Source: an uncultured Candidatus Binatia bacterium (GTDB taxonomy: Bacteria > Desulfobacterota > Binatia > Bin18). Taken from it: a DNA stretch of 64,000 nucleotides. Below, piece after piece: positions 57,535 through 64,000 of this stretch. Numbering within the stretch: position 1 is the first letter of the stretch; every line of letters begins with the position of its first letter. The stretch spans positions 960,001-1,024,000 of the forward strand of contig OZ241744.1 in NCBI GenBank assembly GCA_965200965.1, given 5' to 3'. A program made the position numbers and the translations under genes. The notes under the pieces are model-generated. The model was not told the DNA's origin. It did not search any database and saw only the letters and a list, made by a program, of their open reading frames with translations.

Positions 57535-58582
57535 TGATAGGCTCGTACCGGCTTGCAGGTTCCAAGAGGAATGCTTTAGAAACGCTCTCTCCCAATTCGT
57601 CTAGCGTCAACTCCGCCACGCCGGGCAGTTCCGAGACTGCACGGGTCCAATCGTCCATTTGAATCTGTTCTCCATTTATTGAGGCGCTCACCCGCGTGAT
57701 TCTGTCCGCACCGATCAGGAGTCCGGCTTGTCCAAGGGCGTTGAGGGACTGAAGCCGCATTGCCGCGTAGATAATGTCCATCCACGCGAACAAGCCGCCG
57801 CGCACTATCTTCAGGCGATTCACGACATATGGGTCATCCCCGCATCCCAAGCTCAGAATCCGCACTCGATCACGAGGCACAGAAAAACAGGACAACGCAT
57901 CAACGAGAGCTATCATGATCGGATTGTTCGCCCAGACTCCTCCGTCAACGAACGTGTAGCCGCTGTCTTCGAGCGGCTTAAAAAATGTCGGAGCGGCTGC
58001 CGTGGCAGCCGCAACCTTTGTCATAAGCTCACTGCCGTCCTTCCAAAAATCAGGGTGATGGGGAGTTTTGAAGATATAGACTTCGCTATAGCGACCCTCG
58101 AACGAGGGAATACACAACCGCGTCTGCGCTTCACCAAATTTTCGGTTGCCGAGAGTGTCATCCAGGACACGCATAAGCGCTTTCCGGTCGTAGCGAAACT
58201 TGAAGTACTGGCCAATGTTCCTTATACAACGCCTTGCTACTCCAATGACCCCGTTTCGCGTAGGCGGGAAGATTTCGCGTCCGCGTTTAACATAGAGGTT
58301 GAGCAGGTCTGCGGCCCGGAGACCCGAGGCAAGGCCAAGGGCAATGATCCCACCTGTTGAGGTTCCTGCAATGAGGTCAAAATACTGCGCCGCAGAAGCC
58401 CCTCCCAGGTAGCGCTTCTCCAATCCAGCCAGGAAAGCGGCTGGGAATATCCCACGGATGCCGCCGCCATCAATGGAAAGGATGCGAAAGTCCTTATCTT
58501 CCGGCCAAGGGAGGCGAACCCGACGGCGCTTAAGCGTTCCAGAGGACCGTTTCGGGGGAGCGTTTTCATCATCGTTACGCAT
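57512..58582 (-). CDS. CBASS patatin-like phospholipase effector (CapV-like)
   Basis: ILSIDGGGIRG, GTSTGG, AAPTFF, VDGGVWANNP; lies downstream of the CD-NTase. Confidence 0.9.
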   Translation of the reverse strand: MRNDDENAPPKRSSGTLKRRRVRLPWPEDKDFRILSIDGGGIRGIFPAAFLAGLEKRYLGGASAAQYFDLIAGTSTGGIIALGLASGLRAADLLNLYVKRGREIFPPTRNGVIGVARRCIRNIGQYFKFRYDRKALMRVLDDTLGNRKFGEAQTRLCIPSFEGRYSEVYIFKTPHHPDFWKDGSELMTKVAAATAAAPTFFKPLEDSGYTFVDGGVWANNPIMIALVDALSCFSVPRDRVRILSLGCGDDPYVVNRLKIVRGGLFAWMDIIYAAMRLQSLNALGQAGLLIGADRITRVSASINGEQIQMDDWTRAVSELPGVAELTLDELGESVSKAFLLEPASRYEPIIKAAHTA

Positions 58583-58599
58583 AGAAGAACCGGATTGCC

Positions 58600-59037
58600 C
58601 TAGCCGTGCCGTCCGCCGCCTGTCCATTCCCCCGTCGCCAGCCAGCCCTCGTAGCAGGCAAGCCAATTTATTGTCCAGGGGATTATAGTCTGAGCAACCG
58701 CACGCCCGGGATGCCACTCTCTGGTATCTGGGTCGTACAGGCACAGAATAGGCAGATTCAGATTGTTCCGATTTGGATAGTGATGCGGAATGGGATCAGA
58801 TGGAGCTCCCGATCGTCGGCGGAGCAGAGGATTGATTACGGTCACTTGTGGAATCCGTGGCAGAGCGGATTTATTGTGATTTTCCTCTCGCTGTAACAAG
58901 ACTTGGACCGTGTAGGTCTGACACAAGGGTTTTAACGGTCCTTCCCAAAGCGCTTCCCAACGGGTGCGACGGAGGACCTTGAACCTCGGCCACCCCCTCC
59001 GCATGAGTTCAATCTGTTTCATTGTTGACAGGATCAT
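58600..59037 (-). CDS. Stand-alone bacterial E2 (ubiquitin-conjugating-like) protein of short type II CBASS
   Basis: WEGPLKP, PHHY...LCLY...W...TIIPW...WL..YE.WLATGEW.GGG.H; ATGA overlap with the CD-NTase stop. Confidence 0.85.
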   Translation of the reverse strand: MILSTMKQIELMRRGWPRFKVLRRTRWEALWEGPLKPLCQTYTVQVLLQREENHNKSALPRIPQVTVINPLLRRRSGAPSDPIPHHYPNRNNLNLPILCLYDPDTREWHPGRAVAQTIIPWTINWLACYEGWLATGEWTGGGRHG

Positions 59038-60281
59038 CGTTTCCTCCGTTCGGTCCCATAGAATCCGTGTCTAGGTGTTGGGCGACTGACAGATGGGGCC
59101 GTCGCACCTGGAAGAATCAACCTTCCGCTTGTCGGATCGTGCCGGCTGCGCCCATCACGCACCCCTTTCCCGGTTCGCTCGTTGAATGCTTTGATGGCCT
59201 CTGTTGCGGGTGCTTCGCCAAACAGGCGCACCATGATTTCCTGCATTTCCGCTAGGTCGCATCCTGCAACCAGCCGATCGACTTTGCCGACCAGCACCTC
59301 AAGATCGTTGATGAACAGAGCCTGATCTTCCAGCTTCTCCGGCCAACGATCCGTCAGCACATCCTCTCCGCACACCGGATTGACAATATGCACGAGCCGG
59401 TTTTGTTTTTCAGCTTGGCGGAAGACGGACAACATGTGCTGTGCCTGGAGAAGCAATTCTTTGGACAGGCGGTCTGTATGGTTAGCCGCATCGGCTACAA
59501 GTTTCGCGATCATGATCGACGGCGGTCGCCTACCTAACCGGGAGTCATACTGCACGTTGCGCCAGCGTTTCAGGAGTTGCAACACGATGACGGCCTTCGA
59601 TTTACGAAACGGCGGCTCCTGTGGGGGAACAGGATCGCTGTCCGCTTCAGCCCGCGTGCGCAAACGCTCATACTCCTCGGCCCGCTCCTCAAAGATGTCA
59701 GCGAAGCCGTGGTCCAACGGCGTGTTGATATTAAACCACTCAGCGAACCCGTAGGGGTTAGCGATTATCCTGCGGCCCTGCTCCCGCGGTGTCTCCGGTC
59801 GGTGGTGAAATATCCAACTTTGCCGCTCCTGGGTGCTCACCATCCGCAGAGCAGGCGTGACATCGAGGTGCATGGCGTCGCTGTAATGAACTGTGACGCA
59901 CCGTGTTCTGCGTTTTGCCATCCGGTAGTACCGAGATCCTGGCTCCCCCCGGATCGCTTCAAAGAGCAAGTCCAGAACTTCCTGCGGTGATGTATTGGTT
60001 GGCAGATCAAGCTGGGAGACCACATCAATGTCGAACTCGTCAGTCCTGAGTCTTGAGGCTATAGTAGCCCCGATAGCCATTGACCCCTGCGGGTAGAACA
60101 ACTCGACGCGATCCTTTAAGGGGCTCCCGTCTCGCTCAATCCGTTTGTTTATGACCTGGTATCGAGACACGGCCTTATCGTAGTCCGTCCGGCTGAGTTG
60201 CACGCGGATAGCCACATCGGCTAAGAGGATGTCAGATGGCTCGGTGAGGAATTGCCGCGATGATTTTGTCTTCGTTGACAT
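59034..60281 (-). CDS. CD-NTase (cGAS/DncV-like cyclic oligonucleotide synthase), probably clade G
   Basis: YPQGSMAIGATI...DEFDIDVV, RCVTVHY...MHLDVTPA, ANPYGFAEWF, QLLKRWR, NPV..EDVLTDRW; tail HGFYG-TERRKR; RBS GGAGGT. Confidence 0.92.
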   Translation of the reverse strand: MSTKTKSSRQFLTEPSDILLADVAIRVQLSRTDYDKAVSRYQVINKRIERDGSPLKDRVELFYPQGSMAIGATIASRLRTDEFDIDVVSQLDLPTNTSPQEVLDLLFEAIRGEPGSRYYRMAKRRTRCVTVHYSDAMHLDVTPALRMVSTQERQSWIFHHRPETPREQGRRIIANPYGFAEWFNINTPLDHGFADIFEERAEEYERLRTRAEADSDPVPPQEPPFRKSKAVIVLQLLKRWRNVQYDSRLGRRPPSIMIAKLVADAANHTDRLSKELLLQAQHMLSVFRQAEKQNRLVHIVNPVCGEDVLTDRWPEKLEDQALFINDLEVLVGKVDRLVAGCDLAEMQEIMVRLFGEAPATEAIKAFNERTGKGVRDGRSRHDPTSGRLILPGATAPSVSRPTPRHGFYGTERRKR

Positions 60282-60352
60282 TGGGCACCTCCAAGTTCCA
60301 ATTCTGTGTCTCCGGACACTACCACCGTTCTTTCCCGGATTCAACCCCTCAG

Positions 60353-60387
60353 TTTACAATTTATATCTGAAAGTCTAATTTTGTAAA
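60353..60387. promoter_or_regulatory. Overlapping divergent sigma70-like promoters / inverted-repeat operator
   Basis: TTTACAA-N21-TTGTAAA in an AT-rich intergenic region. Each arm is a -35-like TTTACA with a TAnnnT 17-18 nt downstream on its own strand. Confidence 0.6.
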
Positions 60388-60410
60388 TATCGGTCAAGGA
60401 GGGATAGATT

Positions 60411-61490
60411 ATGATAGGACAAAGACTTAGGATCGCCCGCGCCGCCGCCGGCCTGTCTCTCCGTGCTTTTTCAGCAAAAATTGGAAACCAGGTCACGGCC
60501 CAGGCTATCGGGAAATATGAGCGTAACGAATGCATGCCCGGCTCGGGCGTGCTCATCGCCCTCGCCGGCGCGCTCGGCGTCTCGGTGGACTACCTGCTTG
60601 GCGATCAGGAGATGGTGCTTGAAGCGGTCGAGTTCAGGAAGAAGGCCATCACCAGCCGGCGGGAGGAGGCGCACGTTGAGGCCAAGGTGTTGTCTCTCCT
60701 GGAGCGCTATCTGCTGGTTGAAGAACTGCTCCAACTCCCGAGCGTCAAATGGCACAGCCCGCCCGAAGCCCCCTACCCCGTCAACGCCATTGCCGAGGCC
60801 GACCGCGCCGCCCGAAGCCTGCGGGACCACTGGAGCCTTGGCAACGATCCCATCCAGAACATGGTCGAGTTGCTGGAGGAACAAGGGATCAAGGTGCTGG
60901 CCGCCCCGCTGGCGAATATCGACGGTCTGACGGCGCGTGTCCGCCGGTCAGAGAAAAGCGCCGTGCCGGTTATTGTAGTAAACAGGGGGGAGTGGGGAGA
61001 GCGGCAGCGCTTCACCCTGGCCCATGAATTGGGCCACTTGGTCATGGATGTGGCCGCCAAGGTGGACGAGGAGAAGGCCGCGCACCGCTTTGCCGGGGCT
61101 TTCCTCATGCCGGCAAATGCCCTGTGGGCAAAGATCGGCAAACACCGCACCTCAATGGGTTTGGGTGAACTGTGCGGCGTGAAGCAGCTTTTTGGGGCAA
61201 GTATGCAGGCCGTCACCTATCGCTGCAAGGACCTGGGGATTTTCAGTGAGAGCCTGTTCCGCCGGCTGTTCACCGACTTCAATCGCCGCGGCTGGCGCAG
61301 CCCGCCGTATAAGGAGCCACACGCGATGCCGGGCGAAGCGCCACAGCGTTTCGAGCGCCTGACCTTGCGCGCCCTGGCCGAAGGGGTTGTTGCTGAGGCC
61401 AAGGCCGCGGAACTGCTCGGCCTGTCGGTCTACGACCTGAACCGGCGGATGGAGGAGCCGCCGGCTTCCGAAGCCGCGGCGCGGGACTGA
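60411..61490 (+). CDS. XRE HTH fused to an ImmA/IrrE-family Zn metallopeptidase
   Basis: IGQRLRIARAAAGLS...IGKYE...LAGALGVSVDYL HTH; RQRFTLAHELGH (HExxH), EKAAHRFAGAFLMP. Confidence 0.92.
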   Translation: MIGQRLRIARAAAGLSLRAFSAKIGNQVTAQAIGKYERNECMPGSGVLIALAGALGVSVDYLLGDQEMVLEAVEFRKKAITSRREEAHVEAKVLSLLERYLLVEELLQLPSVKWHSPPEAPYPVNAIAEADRAARSLRDHWSLGNDPIQNMVELLEEQGIKVLAAPLANIDGLTARVRRSEKSAVPVIVVNRGEWGERQRFTLAHELGHLVMDVAAKVDEEKAAHRFAGAFLMPANALWAKIGKHRTSMGLGELCGVKQLFGASMQAVTYRCKDLGIFSESLFRRLFTDFNRRGWRSPPYKEPHAMPGEAPQRFERLTLRALAEGVVAEAKAAELLGLSVYDLNRRMEEPPASEAAARD

Positions 61491-61495
61491 GCCGG

Positions 61496-62005
61496 ATGCA
61501 GGTTCTGATCTCCGATACCTCCGTTCTTATCGATCTCAAACGCGGCTCCCTTCTGAAAGCCAGCTTCCGCCTGCCGTTCCAGTTCACCGTTCCCGACCTG
61601 CTGTACGAACGGGAACTGAAAGGTCAGGGCGGTGAGGAGTTGATAGGGCTTGGCCTCACTGTTGAAGAATTGGACGGCGACGGCGTGATGCTCGCCCGTA
61701 CCTATCGGCAGCGAGCGCCGGCCCTTTCCCTTCCCGATTGCTTTGCCCTGGCCCTTGCGCAAACACGATCATGGATTCTACTGAGCGGCGACAGGGCGCT
61801 TCGCCAACTTGCGGATGATGAGGCGGTCGAGTGCCACGGCGTACTCTGGCTGCTTGACGAGATAGACGCCGCCGGCGCGGCAAGTGTCCAGGAATTGCGC
61901 GATGGCCTGATCGCTATCTGGCAGCATCCGCGCTGCCGGCTTCCCACGCGTGAAGTCCGCGGTCGTCTGGCCCGCTACGCCAAACACCAGCCAAGTTCGG
62001 CCTAG
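61496..62005 (+). CDS. PIN-domain protein (DUF3368-like), putative toxin
   Basis: ISDTSVLIDL, ERE, LSLPDCFALALA, LLSGDRALR, HGVLWLL; starts 5 nt after the peptidase stop. Confidence 0.85.
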   Translation: MQVLISDTSVLIDLKRGSLLKASFRLPFQFTVPDLLYERELKGQGGEELIGLGLTVEELDGDGVMLARTYRQRAPALSLPDCFALALAQTRSWILLSGDRALRQLADDEAVECHGVLWLLDEIDAAGAASVQELRDGLIAIWQHPRCRLPTREVRGRLARYAKHQPSSA

Positions 62006-62009
62006 CAAA

Positions 62010-62043
62010 CAGGTCGGATTACGCCTCCGGCTCATCCGACCTG
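62010..62043. repeat. REP-like palindrome between convergent genes
   Basis: CAGGTCGGAT-tacgcctccggctc-ATCCGACCTG, a 10-bp perfect inverted repeat resembling GTAG-family REP sequences. Confidence 0.55.
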
Positions 62044-62090
62044 CATGGCTTTGGACCACATCGCCACCCGGGATCGCGTGGAGCCGCTGG

Positions 62091-63146
62091 TCAACGCAGG
62101 GCTGTACGAGGCATTGGGTTCCGGATGTTATTCTTAAGTATCTTAAAACGGAATTCCAACGCGTGAGCGTCGTTAAGTGCTTGCACATAACGGTCGAACT
62201 CGAGCAGATCGTAATCTGCCTCTCCAATATCCTCTTGAGCAATGTCACGATTCTCTTCTCTTTTTTTCTGAAAATCGGCAAAGGCCGACCTTTCGATCTC
62301 GTTAATCCATCCCTCTCGCAAGGCGGTCTTGAATAGGAAATAGTAGAGAACGACATTCCCGATAGACTTCAGAAGAGGATCTCCTTCCGTGAAAACCTTG
62401 TTCATTGCCTGCAAGGTTTTCCGAGTGTTATCCTTAATCTCCTGGAGTCTTTGCTTTTCAATGTTGGGCCCCTCTTTGACAAACCTGTCCAAGTACACCT
62501 TTTTGGTATCCACTAACTTCTCCTGGTATTCGAATAGCAAAAATTTTGCGGCCAAGTCGTGATAACGGTAGCGTCCGCTGGCAAATGGGACTTTCTTTTG
62601 AAAGAATGTATGCTCCGTTAGAGACCTGATTATCGGGGTCAACGGACCTGGAAATGCGTTTCTCTTCTCGGCAGCATTAAGTGGAACGGCCTCATTCAGC
62701 CTTGAAAACATGTCCTCAATTATTTCCGTGTCGTCCGTTTCAACCACTACCACAGACAGGTTGTACGAATCGAACTTGATTTTGCGTTTTGGGTATTTCT
62801 CTGCGAGTTCTCCATATGTGAGTCCGCCCGGACGCTGATCAGCATCGTCATCAATGAAGCTGAAGTCCTCCGCTAAGGAATAATCCCCTGCGATAAACTT
62901 CCAGATGGCTTCAAGTCGCTGCCTCCCATCAATGATTGAATATTTGTACTTTGTCGGTGACGGATACTTATGGAGATATATTTTGGGAATATCAAACCCG
63001 TTGAGAATAGAATCAATTAGTAATTGACGCTTCTCGATTGGCCAGATATCGCTCATCCTTTGATAGTCTGGATCTACCTCGATATGCTCTTTGTCTGCAT
63101 ACAGATAGAGAATTGAGCTTTGCGGCAGTTCCGATATTTCCATCAT
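62091..63146 (-). CDS. DUF262 (ParB/Srx-like, GmrS-type) domain protein with no recognisable HNH domain
   Basis: PDYQR..IW...LIDSILNGFDIPKIYL, IIDGRQRL, MFSRLN...PLNAAEKRNA. Confidence 0.88.
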   Translation of the reverse strand: MMEISELPQSSILYLYADKEHIEVDPDYQRMSDIWPIEKRQLLIDSILNGFDIPKIYLHKYPSPTKYKYSIIDGRQRLEAIWKFIAGDYSLAEDFSFIDDDADQRPGGLTYGELAEKYPKRKIKFDSYNLSVVVVETDDTEIIEDMFSRLNEAVPLNAAEKRNAFPGPLTPIIRSLTEHTFFQKKVPFASGRYRYHDLAAKFLLFEYQEKLVDTKKVYLDRFVKEGPNIEKQRLQEIKDNTRKTLQAMNKVFTEGDPLLKSIGNVVLYYFLFKTALREGWINEIERSAFADFQKKREENRDIAQEDIGEADYDLLEFDRYVQALNDAHALEFRFKILKNNIRNPMPRTALR

Positions 63147-63913
63147 GACAACATCCTCTGCGCTTCATGGGCCACGCTGTCGAGTTCTGGAAACACGGTC
63201 AATCTCGTATGCCTCAAATGTTCAAGTTCTTTAAGAATTTTAGGCTTTGCGTCAGAAGGAATGATAATCCGCCAGACATGGCTCTTGTCGCCGACATCTT
63301 CGCCGACATCTTCAATTGGTGTGAAATCTCTATGGCTAATTGTAAACGTACCCAACTGGGCTGCGATACGCGGAGAATTGCGCGGCGCTATCGCCGCAAT
63401 CGGCTTCATGTGTGAAGTTTTTTCTTTTACCAGCGTGGTAGGCAGGTAGTTATTCAGAATATCGTCCTGGTCAAAGGCCGGAATCTCCAAGCCATGTTCG
63501 AAAAAGATCTCTGAATGGTGGTTGAGGGCTACCGGGTCAATACACCATAAAGCGGCATCCTTGCCTTTGGAGGAAGTATCAGTATCATCCACAGCGAAAA
63601 ATAAACCAACAAGAGGGCTTTCCGTCCAATCAAGGAGCCGCGTTTTTAAGCGATGATGTTGCATCAGGAACAGCCATTCCCATTCCGTGTTCGGTTTGGA
63701 TGAAAGGTGAGGTATTGCGTTTTGCTTGAATCTTTTTATTAGCAGATTTTCTGCTTCCGCCATATCTCTCCCATGCCTCCCAAGCCCAGGGACCAGCTGC
63801 CAAGCCAAGTCGCTCTGGCCCCGGAACCAAACCAGGGAGCCGTTCTTTGCCTGATCGTCTAAAACTTCCAGCAAACCGCCAATACCTTCGATTTCTCTAT
63901 CTCTAAACCGCAC
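63143..63913 (-). CDS. FRG-domain protein
   Basis: WFRGQ....W.LVPGL.R, LMQHHRLKTRLLDWTESPLVGLFFAV, RIAAQLGTFT, VFPELD; its stop overlaps the DUF262 start. Confidence 0.92.
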   Translation of the reverse strand: MRFRDREIEGIGGLLEVLDDQAKNGSLVWFRGQSDLAWQLVPGLGRHGRDMAEAENLLIKRFKQNAIPHLSSKPNTEWEWLFLMQHHRLKTRLLDWTESPLVGLFFAVDDTDTSSKGKDAALWCIDPVALNHHSEIFFEHGLEIPAFDQDDILNNYLPTTLVKEKTSHMKPIAAIAPRNSPRIAAQLGTFTISHRDFTPIEDVGEDVGDKSHVWRIIIPSDAKPKILKELEHLRHTRLTVFPELDSVAHEAQRMLS

Positions 63914-64000
63914 GCCCTAACCCTACCGCCTCGGATTTCGGTCGAACGCTGGATTTTCATCGCAGCACACGAATCGATTTGACAAGCTCGCGGAGCGCAA

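Noticed and set aside
51560-64000. Defence island as a prophage or integrative element
   Set aside because: No integrase, tRNA, att repeat or phage structural gene is visible in the window; a boundary may lie beyond 64000.
63914-64000. 3' end of an upstream minus-strand gene (...LRELVKSIRVLR*)
   Set aside because: Too short to support a call.

Overview
GC-rich bacterial chromosomal segment. The gene content (many amidohydrolases, LLM/SDR oxidoreductases, DUF1302/DUF1329 proteins, sigma54 regulation) suggests a Deltaproteobacteria-like lineage such as Binatia, possibly a host-associated MAG; this is inference only. All family calls come from motif recognition by eye; no database searches were run. 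Layout: (1) 0.6-13.4 kb, an envelope-lipid cluster resembling the Caulobacter ceramide-phosphoglycerate head-group genes, with two NTP transferases, a CDP-alcohol phosphotransferase, an MsbA-like ABC exporter, a GT/ELM1 fusion, gpmA, a 2OG-Fe(II) oxygenase, a kinase, a GT4 and a fused LptF-LptG. (2) adk, rpoH and a decayed CusF-SCO gene. (3) 19.6-23.9 kb, a minus-strand operon with a hidden PrdB-like selenoprotein: in-frame UGA in a UxxC motif plus a SECIS hairpin, split into two ORFs by the ORF track. (4) A sigma54-driven secreted serine protease with its enhancer-binding regulator, pfkA, and a secreted 15-aa-repeat solenoid protein. (5) 41-47.6 kb, a putative storage-lipid cluster with a catalytically degenerate WS/DGAT and a shared upstream motif. 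(6) 51.6-64 kb, a defence island: type I R-M, an E2-only CBASS with a patatin effector, a divergent HTH-Zn-peptidase + PIN pair, and a coupled FRG + DUF262 pair. No rRNA, tRNA or CRISPR array was seen. Several single-base frameshifts could be real decay or assembly errors.
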